From: a virus
DNA: 64,000 nt
IMG/VR virus record: IMGVR_UViG_3300045988_132388
Direction: 5' to 3' (one strand)
Shown here: positions 33,436 through 43,470 of the stretch, one piece after another
How the letters are laid out: each line of letters opens with the position of its first letter
Numbering within the stretch: position 1 is the first letter of the stretch
The notes under the pieces: model-generated
Databases searched by the model: none
Seen by the model: only the letters and a program-made list of their open reading frames with translations
Told to the model about the DNA's origin: nothing
Made by a program: the position numbers and the translations under genes

Positions 33436-34170
33436 TCAATCCTCCTTATATGGTTCGGTTGTACCGAGAAGATGTTTGGTCTCCTCGTTGTAGGGAATAC
33501 ATTGAGCATAGCAACAGGATAATGTTGCGTAAGGGTAATCATCATCTTCTTCCTTGCTCTTGAATCCGAAAAGATTCGGCTTCCAATAATCCTGTTCACT
33601 ATCCCTTACAAGGACCTTGTCGAAGGGCTGCAGCATGTGGTCGGAGGAATTAGCGGCCTCTTTTCCCCTGAGAAGTTCGTCGATTTTCTCTTTTACCTCA
33701 CGAACACGGGATTCATTTTCCACCTTGGTGTACAACAAGGTGTCCTGAAAACAGTGTGTTATAAGTTTTTCAGAGGTGGTAATGCCTCTGGATGCCTCAA
33801 ATTTCATGTACCCGTCATCCAAAAACCTCTCAAACATAAGGAATTTCGGGAATAAGCTATCTGAGGCATCTTCGAGAATATCACCTTTCTTCCATGCGAA
33901 TTTAGACCAGTCCTGCATTTCCTTTGAAGGAAAGAGGGTTGTTTCCGCGCCATCATCTTCATAACCGGTATTATATTTACCCTCTTTCGTAAAATAATGA
34001 ACGTTTTGTTTTCTTACCGCAATAAGACTTCCCGAGACACAAGGAACGGTTACTTCCACCAGTGATAAGCTACCAAAGACTGGAGACCACAATTTAGTTT
34101 CATAAGGTTTCCCCTCAAGTATTTTTGCGATATTCAAATTATCTGTTTCCATATTCTTATTGTTTTTCAA
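33436..34170 (-). CDS. hypothetical protein
   Basis: 244-aa ORF. Confidence 0.65.
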   Translation of the reverse strand: MKNNKNMETDNLNIAKILEGKPYETKLWSPVFGSLSLVEVTVPCVSGSLIAVRKQNVHYFTKEGKYNTGYEDDGAETTLFPSKEMQDWSKFAWKKGDILEDASDSLFPKFLMFERFLDDGYMKFEASRGITTSEKLITHCFQDTLLYTKVENESRVREVKEKIDELLRGKEAANSSDHMLQPFDKVLVRDSEQDYWKPNLFGFKSKEEDDDYPYATLSCCYAQCIPYNEETKHLLGTTEPYKED

Positions 34171-34192
34171 AAGTTAATTGTTCAATATACAT

Positions 34193-34567
34193 CTATACGG
34201 ACAGCGAAGGATTGCCTATCTTGTCGGGCAGTATATTATGTCTGCAACCGTTTATCCAGGAATACAGGTTGATATAACCCTTACGCTCCATATTGTCAAC
34301 GTTAGCGTCGCGCCATTCAGCATACTGTTCATAAGATAATCCCGACCGAAGGATAAGCACCATTTCTTCAGGAGTAAGAAAATCGCTATCCGCGAAATCG
34401 CAAGTGCCACCCGGCTCGTCGCCTATCCAGTACCAGTTGTCACGACCGCCATTAAACAGTACCTTATTGGTAATCCGTGCAAGGTCGTTACACGCATCGT
34501 TGAAACGCTGGATAACCGAAACGACATCGGCTGTAAGTTTATCATTCTTTTTGTTCATAGTTGTCAC
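34193..34567 (-). CDS. hypothetical protein
   Basis: 124-aa ORF. Confidence 0.6.
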   Translation of the reverse strand: MTTMNKKNDKLTADVVSVIQRFNDACNDLARITNKVLFNGGRDNWYWIGDEPGGTCDFADSDFLTPEEMVLILRSGLSYEQYAEWRDANVDNMERKGYINLYSWINGCRHNILPDKIGNPSLSV

Positions 34568-34678
34568 ATTCGTTTTCAGTTCTATATTCTACATATTGTT
34601 TCTTAGACAGGCAATACCCGCCGTTTATCATGTTGCGGACATGCCTGCATACCGGACAGAGATTGTTTCGCATAACGC

Positions 34679-35227
34679 TCACTCTCTATTCAGTAAATTC
34701 TGCTTTATATCCTCATACATTGCCATTTCAACCTTCTTTCCGTCATAATGTCCCACGGCAAGCAGCTGTCCGTTCTCCTCGGTAGCATGCTTCGCCGATG
34801 GCGCATTAGAGCGGATGATGAAGATGTCGAACTCGTGGATGCAGTCAAGTTGCTCAGGGGGAATCGGCTTCATGTTTGTACGTGCCTCCTGCCGTATGCG
34901 GCGAATGTCGTTTTTGTCGATGTCGGGATATTTCTTCTGTGCCTCACGCACCACCTTTGTTTCGGTGTCGATACGCCGACGTTCATAGTCCTCACTGATA
35001 AGATTGAAATTCTGCCATTCCACCAGAATATCGAGAAAGTTTCTGAAGCCTTTCTCGCCTTGAGTCATTTGTGCAACGGCAAGGCTCTCCTCGATAAGCA
35101 GTATTTTCTCCTTTACCTGCCAATGAACCATCCCCCGGCGGTTAAGCATCGTGACGAGAGCGAGAGCCTTTGAAAGCCTACGCAAGTTACGCTGCTCTTT
35201 CTTTTGTTTACTAAAAGGATTCCACAT
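34679..35227 (-). CDS. hypothetical protein
   Basis: 182-aa ORF. Confidence 0.65.
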   Translation of the reverse strand: MWNPFSKQKKEQRNLRRLSKALALVTMLNRRGMVHWQVKEKILLIEESLAVAQMTQGEKGFRNFLDILVEWQNFNLISEDYERRRIDTETKVVREAQKKYPDIDKNDIRRIRQEARTNMKPIPPEQLDCIHEFDIFIIRSNAPSAKHATEENGQLLAVGHYDGKKVEMAMYEDIKQNLLNRE

Positions 35228-35239
35228 GATATTTATATT

Positions 35240-35554
35240 TTAATGAGTTATAAACCGTGTTCCGTCTACCTCCAATACCAGGATGTCGTTCACCACACGT
35301 ATCTCTCCCGATGGAATGAACTGCACCTTACGTTGGTGGGTCAATGTGTTTACCGAGAGGCACACACATTGACCCTCATCGACATGCCCTGTCTTTGTGA
35401 CAAACTTGATATAGAACGGATGCCGCGCCACCTGGGTGGCGGTCTGAGGATGCACATAGCCCGTGACGAGCTGCTTGCTGCGCGGGTCTATCCACTGCCA
35501 TTTCTCTGTGTATGCCCGCAGATTGGTATATGACTGTTTTGGATTCTCTCTCAT
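35240..35554 (-). CDS. hypothetical protein
   Basis: 104-aa ORF. Confidence 0.6.
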   Translation of the reverse strand: MRENPKQSYTNLRAYTEKWQWIDPRSKQLVTGYVHPQTATQVARHPFYIKFVTKTGHVDEGQCVCLSVNTLTHQRKVQFIPSGEIRVVNDILVLEVDGTRFITH

Positions 35555-35559
35555 AAGGC

Positions 35560-36234
35560 TTAGATGTTAGTAAATGAATAATGATCGTGTGGTCCGTCAG
35601 ACTCTCCCTCCTCCTTATAGGGTGGAAACCGGCAGTCGAGAAAGAGACGAAGGTGAGTATTCGTCACCTTGCGCTTATCCTTATTCACTTGCTGTCGATG
35701 GCGCAGTACGTCGGGCAGGAGAATGTTACGGAGAGGATTACCCCAATCAAGCGTTTGCGACGCAAGGCGATAGTTGGGGTAGAACATCAACACGTAACGC
35801 TCAAGGGCAGGACAGGGGCGGTCGGACATGACTCCGCTTATCGTGAGTGCTCTATCCTTATTATATAGCACCAGGTGAGCGGTGGTGTCCGACACGTCCT
35901 TTGTTCGGGTGTACAGAATCCTGTCCGAGTATTCTGCCAAACACTTCTTGATTATATCGTCGCACTTCCTCGCCGTGGAGAGCACGAGAGTAGTTATCCA
36001 TTTTCGTTCAAAGCACTGCTGAAGAAAAACGCAGGTGTCGGTGTTCATTGTAGGCATGGCGAGCACCATTACGTGCGGATCGATAAGCAGATAACTCACG
36101 GCGCGATAGAACTTCTCCATCGTCACGTCGCCGTGGGTATAGAACGTTAGCATGCGCTGCGGAGCCTGCATCACAGCCTTGGGGAGTTTCTTGTCTACAC
36201 AGCAGGGGGGAATGAAAAGAAGAGTATCGTCCAT
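35560..36234 (-). CDS. hypothetical protein
   Basis: 224-aa ORF downstream of the clamp gene. Confidence 0.65.
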   Translation of the reverse strand: MDDTLLFIPPCCVDKKLPKAVMQAPQRMLTFYTHGDVTMEKFYRAVSYLLIDPHVMVLAMPTMNTDTCVFLQQCFERKWITTLVLSTARKCDDIIKKCLAEYSDRILYTRTKDVSDTTAHLVLYNKDRALTISGVMSDRPCPALERYVLMFYPNYRLASQTLDWGNPLRNILLPDVLRHRQQVNKDKRKVTNTHLRLFLDCRFPPYKEEGESDGPHDHYSFTNI

Positions 36235-36272
36235 GAGATTTTACTATTTATTAGTTATTAATTATTAATTGA

Positions 36273-37454
36273 TTAGTCGTTAATTACGACGGGCATTATG
36301 AGCGCAAGCACTGATGGCGATGGCTCATCGGCGGTAAGCACGGCAGCACGGGTCTTGTCGGAGAGCTCCATGCGGATGGCGTCTCCCGGCACCGCACTTA
36401 TCGTTGAGCGGAGGTGAACACCGTTGAAGGCTATATAGAAGCCATCCTCGCATTGGGAGTTATGAAGCAGCACCTGGTCGGATGCCGAAAGTGAAAAGTC
36501 TGCATTGTCGGCAGAGATATTGAAGAACATACCGTCCTTGCGCAAGATGACGCTATTGTCCGCTTCAGAAGCAAACAGTCCTACTCTCTTCAGGATAGCA
36601 AGCATTTCCCTTTTGTCGAAGACGACAAAGAACGGATTGCCACGCGGAATTACAGCGTTATAGTTGGGGTATCTGCTCTCCAACGCCTTGCAGATATACT
36701 CTATGTTGCCGGAAGTAAAGCGGATAATGTGGTTGTCGCTCTCAACGGTTATCTCCTCGCAATTCTGGAAGGCCGCAAAAGGTTTGAAATAACTCATGTG
36801 GAGGATTATCTTCTCCGGCTTGCCACTACGGAAGAAGTCGTAACCGTTCTTTGCGGGGTCGTTGCTAAGAGTTTGTTTGAAGAGCCTATGACCGTCGGAA
36901 CCCACGAAATATACAGAAGAAAGATCGTCGGAAACATCAATACACAGACTGCTCAATGCCGGACGGATTTCGTCGTTTGCCAAGAAGTCCGTCACTTTTG
37001 ACAGGACGTCGCCGAACAATGCCATCGGCAGGACTATCTTTATGGCATCTTCGCCTGGTGTAGTAATCTGTGGAAACTCGTCGGCATCCAGCCATGTGAG
37101 CTGTGCTTTACCGGTCTTCACGTTGTCGTCAGCACCATGACAATACTCTACCGCGAGCGAATGGTCGTCGTTGAAGGTGAAGTTTACGGTGCAGTCCGGC
37201 AATGTGGCGAGGAACGGCATGATGAACTTGATAGGCAGCACGACGGACTTGAATGTGCCTTCCACGATACTCAGAGGGGCAGGGATGGTAAGACGTGAGT
37301 CCGATGTTGCCGAGGTGAAATAGAACCCACCGTCAGCATGCTGCGTCAGAAGCACATTGTCAAGAATGGCAATGGTATTTTTGCTTGCGATACAACGTGC
37401 TGACTTCTGAAAAGCGATGTTGAGCTCGCATGATGATTTAGCTTGAAGTTTCAT
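36273..37454 (-). CDS. dnaN: DNA polymerase III beta sliding clamp homologue
   Basis: 393 aa. The N-terminus (MKLQAKSSCELNIAFQKSARCIASKNTIAILDNVLLTQ) follows the beta-clamp pattern, and the length fits three domains. Confidence 0.75.
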   Translation of the reverse strand: MKLQAKSSCELNIAFQKSARCIASKNTIAILDNVLLTQHADGGFYFTSATSDSRLTIPAPLSIVEGTFKSVVLPIKFIMPFLATLPDCTVNFTFNDDHSLAVEYCHGADDNVKTGKAQLTWLDADEFPQITTPGEDAIKIVLPMALFGDVLSKVTDFLANDEIRPALSSLCIDVSDDLSSVYFVGSDGHRLFKQTLSNDPAKNGYDFFRSGKPEKIILHMSYFKPFAAFQNCEEITVESDNHIIRFTSGNIEYICKALESRYPNYNAVIPRGNPFFVVFDKREMLAILKRVGLFASEADNSVILRKDGMFFNISADNADFSLSASDQVLLHNSQCEDGFYIAFNGVHLRSTISAVPGDAIRMELSDKTRAAVLTADEPSPSVLALIMPVVIND

Positions 37455-37483
37455 ATTTGTTTATTCTTATCGTTTATAATGTT

Positions 37484-38092
37484 TTAGAACGGCAGGTCGT
37501 CTTCGCCATATCCGTCTCCGTCAAACGGAGTGTTCTGCTGTCCGTCAGCCGGTGCCACATACGCCGTAGCACTACCTGCAGTCTGATAAGCCTGCTGCGG
37601 ATAAGGAGTCTGCTGTGCGGTTGGCTGTGGTTGATAGAGCATTGCTAACCGTTTGTTCATCCTGTTGCGGATAGCCTTGAAGAGATGGGTGTTCTCGTCG
37701 GTAGGGTCCTGGTTGACAATATCCGCATCGCGCTCCTTGTTTGCCTCCTTCACCTGCTCCACAAGTTTAGGGAATCTTGCTACTATTGCCTTGATATAGT
37801 CTGCGGAGAACGACAGCTGCATTTCGTGTGTCGGCACTGTCACGTCGCTGTCGCCACGCTCCTGTGCCGAACGGCGTACAGCGTTTTTGTACTGTTCATT
37901 GAGAGGCCAAATGCTTACACGCATCTTAGCTAACGTACGGTCCGGATTCTTAGGATGCTGCTCCACTTTGATTTCATTCAGGTCTGCCGGAATGCAGACG
38001 TACACTCTCTTAGGGTTGTTCTTGTCGATACCCTTGAACACCTGCGCTCCGTTTAGCGAGAGCAGGTCGATGTTGCCATTGTAACTTGCCAT
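37484..38092 (-). CDS. single-stranded DNA-binding protein with an acidic DDLPF C-terminal tip
   Basis: 202 aa. A Gln/Pro-rich linker precedes the terminal GDGYGEDDLPF, which mirrors the bacterial SSB tip DDDIPF. The N-terminal domain is not an obvious canonical OB-SSB sequence. Confidence 0.6.
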   Translation of the reverse strand: MASYNGNIDLLSLNGAQVFKGIDKNNPKRVYVCIPADLNEIKVEQHPKNPDRTLAKMRVSIWPLNEQYKNAVRRSAQERGDSDVTVPTHEMQLSFSADYIKAIVARFPKLVEQVKEANKERDADIVNQDPTDENTHLFKAIRNRMNKRLAMLYQPQPTAQQTPYPQQAYQTAGSATAYVAPADGQQNTPFDGDGYGEDDLPF

Positions 38093-38110
38093 TTTTTAGT
38101 TATTAATTAT

Positions 38111-38161
38111 TAGTGATTAATGATTAGCTATTGGTGATTATTGATTAATTGTTGGTGATTA
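38111..38161. repeat. about 2.5 copies of a 21-bp unit carrying GTGATTA / TGATTA boxes
   Basis: GTGATTA occurs at 38113, 38134 and 38155. TGATTA occurs at 38121 and 38142. The array is directly upstream (minus sense: TAATCAC) of the SSB start. Confidence 0.6.
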
Positions 38162-38165
38162 TTTA

Positions 38166-38400
38166 CTAAAATAATCTTGCTCTGCTGTCTTCCATATCAT
38201 CCATCGTGCGCACCTTGTGCCATTTCTTGATTCTGTTTTTCGGTGCATACACCGTTGACAGACTGAGATATTTACCGCAAGCGAGGTGCAGCGGACTGAT
38301 ATTGCCGCCGTACAGCGGAGAACTCTGCTCCCTACAACTGCAATTTATCTGGTCGTAGGAAAGGCAAAATTCACATTTAGGGGGGGGTGAATGTTCGCAT
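38166..38400 (-). pseudogene. Cys-rich small ORF interrupted at a C8/G8 homopolymer
   Basis: The ATG at 38400 runs into TAA right after the 8-nt tract (38380-38387). With one base fewer, the frame continues for 77 codons in all (MRTFTPPKCEFCLSYDQINCSCREQ...RARLF) to the stop at 38166. Confidence 0.5.
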
Positions 38401-38411
38401 AATAGAAATCT

Positions 38412-38837
38412 TTATCTGAAATTAACAATAAAAGGAGGTAGAGGATTTCTCTCCAATGCCTCAATCCGTTCTATATCGTCAAGAGAATAACTCTCAGCAC
38501 AATATTCATCGAAGAACCTGTTCGGCGTCTCTCTCGGATAATCCGCAACAGTCTTTCCTTCTGCATCAATTTTGTCATAATCGGTATAACGACCTTTACA
38601 AGGCGTAAACTTCTTTATGTCTTTAGGCGTAAAAACAACCAGAATCTCGGTATTGACGATACCTCTCAATCGACGTATATCTTTTTCTGCCTGTTTTTCA
38701 TCACCTATTCCGAAGCAGAAGCCTTTTGCCGTAGTTGCCGAACCTCGCTTTATTCTATGGTCGGTGGTATTCAATAAGGTCCAACCTTTGGCTAACTGGG
38801 AAAACTCCCCATAAGACATATATCGGTATAATTTCAT
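38412..38837 (-). CDS. hypothetical protein
   Basis: 141-aa ORF. Confidence 0.65.
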   Translation of the reverse strand: MKLYRYMSYGEFSQLAKGWTLLNTTDHRIKRGSATTAKGFCFGIGDEKQAEKDIRRLRGIVNTEILVVFTPKDIKKFTPCKGRYTDYDKIDAEGKTVADYPRETPNRFFDEYCAESYSLDDIERIEALERNPLPPFIVNFR

Positions 38838-38993
38838 ACTCTAAAATATTTTAAGTTAAACAGTTCTTTCGGTTGTCGAAACGGCAACAAGAAATCACCC
38901 TTTATCTGTTTTATCATCTATTTTCAGTTTCATTCTTTCGTCCTCAATATACTCATTACAGTATTCTGCCGGAACATAGGTGTGGGCGAAGAA

Positions 38994-39755
38994 CTATGAC
39001 GCTCCTACCACACGCAATGTTTCACGCTCATTGAGCACTGTATGGAACTTTTTCTTTATGAATCCAAAGATAATGTCTTTTGCCGTTACCACATCATAAG
39101 CCCACACAACAAAAATGTCGCCTTTGTGGATTCCCGACGGGTGCTTGTCGGTAGGTTCGTAATGGTCGGCGTCAATAAAGGTAGCCTTCACCTTAAACGG
39201 CTCCTTCTTAGGCGCATCGGAATCTTCAGCAAGAGCTTTTTCCTCTTTTTCAATATCCTCGTTCGTCCTTCCAATAAAACGGATGTTATTCAATACTTCA
39301 ACCTTGGTAATATAGAAGTAATTCGTTAAATCACTATCGTTAAACACCTGCTCAAACGCTCCTTCGGCATAATCTGCGGCAAGATCTACGGCGCGACGCA
39401 AAGAGTTGGAGCGAACAATCAGTACAGCGTTACGTCCATTGGTGCAATGCAGCGTAACCTTAACATGGCGAACGATGTGCCACTCGGTAAATTCTTTGGC
39501 TCTGAGAAGTCCGTCCGTAACGGTCACTTCCTTTACGCCTGCGGCTTGCAGGTCTTTCACGTTCTCCTCGTCGAGTATTTTTCCTCGCTCAAAGATAACC
39601 TCACTACGCTCAATATCTACCTTCTCTTCGGTGTCCTCGTCAATAAAGGTCTCCATCTGGGTGTTGCATGCTCTCTCCACGAGGGTTTTACCAACAGCCT
39701 TTTCTACAGGCAGTGTCTCCACCACGTAATCCTTACGCAAAATAATCTTCTCCAT
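38994..39755 (-). CDS. hypothetical protein
   Basis: 253-aa ORF immediately downstream of the primase-helicase gene. Confidence 0.7.
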   Translation of the reverse strand: MEKIILRKDYVVETLPVEKAVGKTLVERACNTQMETFIDEDTEEKVDIERSEVIFERGKILDEENVKDLQAAGVKEVTVTDGLLRAKEFTEWHIVRHVKVTLHCTNGRNAVLIVRSNSLRRAVDLAADYAEGAFEQVFNDSDLTNYFYITKVEVLNNIRFIGRTNEDIEKEEKALAEDSDAPKKEPFKVKATFIDADHYEPTDKHPSGIHKGDIFVVWAYDVVTAKDIIFGFIKKKFHTVLNERETLRVVGAS

Positions 39756-39780
39756 AAATCATTTTCTTTTAATGTTAATA

Positions 39781-42700
39781 TTAGAATGGCAAATCCTTGT
39801 CTTTTATCTGACTGACGGTATTTGCCGCATTATTAATCTCACTGCTTCCGCCATAACGTTTCCCCTGCTTGCGCGACATAAAGTTCTCCCAACGGGTTTG
39901 TTCTTCGTCGGTAAGGGAAACTATATTACCATTGTCATCACGATATGGCAGTGGATCGGGTTGCTCCGCGTAAGCACGGGCAATGCGCTTCAGCTCTTTA
40001 TAGTCTTTCGGTATTTCGTCCTTGCCGGGGCGGTAGAAGAAGAACACATGCTTAGAGGTCTGAAGATAACGAATACATTTCATTTCTACCGTCTTGTCAT
40101 TCTCCCACTCTCGACCTGAGAAGTACTCCTGTGTAACCCACGCCTGTAACTTGAAACACTTGCGGTGCTTGTCAGCATCGTTCTCGAAAAGATGCTTAGG
40201 GTTGCAGGTGATACCCATATTCTCGCAATAGTCGTATATCTTCTTCTTGAAGGTGGCTCGGCTATACTCCTTCGATTTACCCTCGGAGGCATCAGCCCAC
40301 TCACGCATAAACTCGTTAAACATATCGTCGGTACAGATAGGCACTCCATAAACCTCGTTGCGAGAAAAGAAAAACTCGAAATAGTTCACGATAGTCTCGG
40401 TGAGCTTCTGTACCATCTGACGGCGACGCACATTCTCCTGTGGTGCAATGGCAAAGGTATGGTAGCGCATGAGGAACTGAACTGCCAAGGCACAGATATA
40501 GATAATCTGATTGCGGTCAGCATCGGACAGGTCTTCGGGGTTCTTGCTAAAGCCTTTCAGTATATCGCTCATCATGCGTGCCGGTTGTCGTTTTTGCGGA
40601 TTCTCACGTGCAAAACGGTTTGAGAAACTAACCAGCGGAAAACGACCTATCGTAGACGAAGCATCATTAGACAATGGATAGTTTGATGTAATAACGTGTA
40701 GAGGCGAATCCTTCATCTTAAAGGAGATAGCATCACTATTCTTCCGCTCGGCATTCGTTCCACCAGTTATCTGAACATAGAAGTAATCCAACGGAAAACT
40801 TCTCGGTTTGTCTTCCCAATGAACCACTCTGAACTTGCCCGGATATTTTATAATGTCCGTCAAAACAAAACGAGCATCACCAATATCCTTAAAGTGTCGC
40901 ATATCGACTCTGAACACATTGACGGCAGTACCGACGAAAGTATTTATAACCCATGACTTGCCGGAGCCACCTGTTGCCTGTTTCTCGTCAGGAATAGAGT
41001 CTTCCAACAAGTAAGGACAGACATTCTCCATTTTATCCCAAGTGCGGAAACACACACGACCGATACCCGAAATCATATTCACAAAATGGCTGTTGATAAC
41101 CGTCATATCGTCCACAGACATCTTTTGCTTGTTGCGAATAACATCCTGCTCCTGTTCCCACAAAGTGTTGGCGCAACCACGAATGATACGCAATACCGGC
41201 CATAGGTCCTGCTCACGCTTACCGTTCCAATCCACTTGCCAACGATATGTCTGCGCCCACTCAGCCAGTTCTGCTTTCATCTGTCCTATCTCTATGATAG
41301 AGAACACCGGCAAACCGTCCTCGTTGCGCATAGCCTCCTTGGCTTCAATAGACTTCTTCTTGTCAATATATTCCTGACTCTCCCTTATGGAGAATGGAGG
41401 GCTGAACACGCGCATCGTGAAGTCGTATGGCTTACGAGCCAAAGCCGGAATAAAAAAGTTGATATTGTCGTAATCGACAGGCAAAATCATATCGGGAGTA
41501 ATCTTCAGAGCTACATTACGGAAATAGAAATATTCCGTCTTGGCATCAAAAGCGTCGGCAAAATCAATCACCATAGATAGCAAACCGCCCGCGCTCTTTT
41601 CAGAAAAAGTCTTGTCTACCATATTGGCACAATCCGACATAAGGCGTCGCTCGGTGTCACTGTGTCGCCAACACTGCTCGATAAAGTCAAGTAACAAATC
41701 TTTCATTGCCTGAATAATGCTACTACTGACGATATACTCAACAAAGCAACGGTCGAGGTGTATATACTGTCCTACGAGGTCGGTACTCTCCGGATCCACC
41801 ATGCGGTAATATCCGTGCGCACTCATAAAAAGCCACACCTTAGAGGGCGACACCTTACATGTAGGCGGTTTCGGTTTTCCACTACGAGGGTCGCGTGGAT
41901 ATTCTATCTCGAATGGGTTAGTATTCTTGGCTCCACGCAAACGGCTATATAACGGTATGCGAATGTCATGGTCGAACTTAAAGTTATCCTCGTCAGTCAT
42001 GTGGTAGGCAATCATATAGTCACGCACACTACGAGGCGAACAACCATATAGCCATTGCCACCGTTGGTTATAACGTGAGCGGAACGCTTCGGGTAGCATT
42101 GCATAACAGAGATCACCGAACTTAGTGGCTATCGCTCCACAATCTCGCTGCGAGGCGATATCATTCGGATAGAGCATTACAATACGCTCGGCAAAGCGAT
42201 TCATTTTTTGATACTGGATAGGCTTAAAATCGATAGGGTCCAACTTCCACTTTCCATGGTCGATATACCAGAAATTGTTTCGCCCTATAGAGAATGCCAC
42301 ATGATACCAACAGTTGTATTGAAAATGCTGGTCTTCTGCCTTGTCGATACGCAAGGAGCGCATAGCATAATACACGCTCAATGCGTCTTCGGGTGTGCGA
42401 CAAAACACGATATTACGAGCCTTTATCTCGTTAACGGGTATCTTGACTTCTATTCTCCTAAACGTGCCTTTCGGTTCTCCATCCTTTGTCTCGTTTTCTC
42501 TCCAGTCCTCATAGGTCTGTGTGTATCTTTCTTCTGGTTCAAACTTTTCAATGGCTGCATGAACGGCAGTCGTTGAGCTATCACGATGATCCATAGCATA
42601 AGTGAACACCCTGTCGCCCATAAGCCAACGGCTCACCTTGCGTACACTGTGCTCTTCGCAAGTAGAGAACACTATCGGTTCGCCTTTCATTGCCGGACGG

Positions 42701-43470
42701 AACAGGCAGCCGCAAGAACCTTGTGGTGCTATCACGTCGGTGGCGAAACATACAAATAAAGGATTCCATGGTGTGCCGTAGATTATCTCGCTCACCTGTT
42801 TACCCTCACGCACCACATGGGGCAGCGTTACGCTATCTACAGCATAGATGCGGAAATCCCTGTTGAGCATGTCCGTAGTAAAGTCCTTGCCGAAACCAAA
42901 GGTAGGCAGACCTTTTACCAGTGTCACCTCACAGCCCAACGCAGCAAGTTCCTGTGGGTTGAAGTCCATCTTCGGCATGAACGAGAAGGTATCTATAGTC
43001 TGTGGCGCAATAGTACGATAATCCATCTTGCCAAAGAGCATAGGGAAAGCAGCTCTCGTATCTTCCTTGTCGCCATAAACCCTTACCGCCAAATCCCGGC
43101 AAAGACGCAACAGACTGGCTCCGTGCATCGGCAAGTTGCGCATGGCTGCATAAAGTTCCAATGCGCCATACCCCTGCTTGCCAGTCTTCGTACACTTCCA
43201 ATGTACCGCACCATGCTTTGCCTGGGTATCATCATCAACCCCTACCCCATTATACAGGCCACCACGCTCATCATTATAAATGATGAAATGTGGCGTTTGT
43301 CCAGCATTCGCACTGCCATCAAACTGTAGGGCGTCATCCTCCGCACCCTTCTTCTGGCAGAAGGGACAGAAGCACGCTGTCTGACCTTGGAAGTGTTGCT
43401 CGTCGGCTGGCTTCACAAGGAAAGTCAGGTCGATATTGGCAAGACGGTTTATAATTGGATGGAATTGCAT
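39781..43470 (-). CDS. primase-helicase (zinc-finger N-terminus, C-terminal P-loop NTPase)
   Basis: 1229 aa. The N-terminal Cys motif is CFCPFCQKKG...HWKC and the C-terminal Walker A is QATGGSGKSWV. Size and architecture match phage/plasmid primase plus SF3-type helicase fusions. Confidence 0.7.
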   Translation of the reverse strand: MQFHPIINRLANIDLTFLVKPADEQHFQGQTACFCPFCQKKGAEDDALQFDGSANAGQTPHFIIYNDERGGLYNGVGVDDDTQAKHGAVHWKCTKTGKQGYGALELYAAMRNLPMHGASLLRLCRDLAVRVYGDKEDTRAAFPMLFGKMDYRTIAPQTIDTFSFMPKMDFNPQELAALGCEVTLVKGLPTFGFGKDFTTDMLNRDFRIYAVDSVTLPHVVREGKQVSEIIYGTPWNPLFVCFATDVIAPQGSCGCLFRPAMKGEPIVFSTCEEHSVRKVSRWLMGDRVFTYAMDHRDSSTTAVHAAIEKFEPEERYTQTYEDWRENETKDGEPKGTFRRIEVKIPVNEIKARNIVFCRTPEDALSVYYAMRSLRIDKAEDQHFQYNCWYHVAFSIGRNNFWYIDHGKWKLDPIDFKPIQYQKMNRFAERIVMLYPNDIASQRDCGAIATKFGDLCYAMLPEAFRSRYNQRWQWLYGCSPRSVRDYMIAYHMTDEDNFKFDHDIRIPLYSRLRGAKNTNPFEIEYPRDPRSGKPKPPTCKVSPSKVWLFMSAHGYYRMVDPESTDLVGQYIHLDRCFVEYIVSSSIIQAMKDLLLDFIEQCWRHSDTERRLMSDCANMVDKTFSEKSAGGLLSMVIDFADAFDAKTEYFYFRNVALKITPDMILPVDYDNINFFIPALARKPYDFTMRVFSPPFSIRESQEYIDKKKSIEAKEAMRNEDGLPVFSIIEIGQMKAELAEWAQTYRWQVDWNGKREQDLWPVLRIIRGCANTLWEQEQDVIRNKQKMSVDDMTVINSHFVNMISGIGRVCFRTWDKMENVCPYLLEDSIPDEKQATGGSGKSWVINTFVGTAVNVFRVDMRHFKDIGDARFVLTDIIKYPGKFRVVHWEDKPRSFPLDYFYVQITGGTNAERKNSDAISFKMKDSPLHVITSNYPLSNDASSTIGRFPLVSFSNRFARENPQKRQPARMMSDILKGFSKNPEDLSDADRNQIIYICALAVQFLMRYHTFAIAPQENVRRRQMVQKLTETIVNYFEFFFSRNEVYGVPICTDDMFNEFMREWADASEGKSKEYSRATFKKKIYDYCENMGITCNPKHLFENDADKHRKCFKLQAWVTQEYFSGREWENDKTVEMKCIRYLQTSKHVFFFYRPGKDEIPKDYKELKRIARAYAEQPDPLPYRDDNGNIVSLTDEEQTRWENFMSRKQGKRYGGSSEINNAANTVSQIKDKDLPF

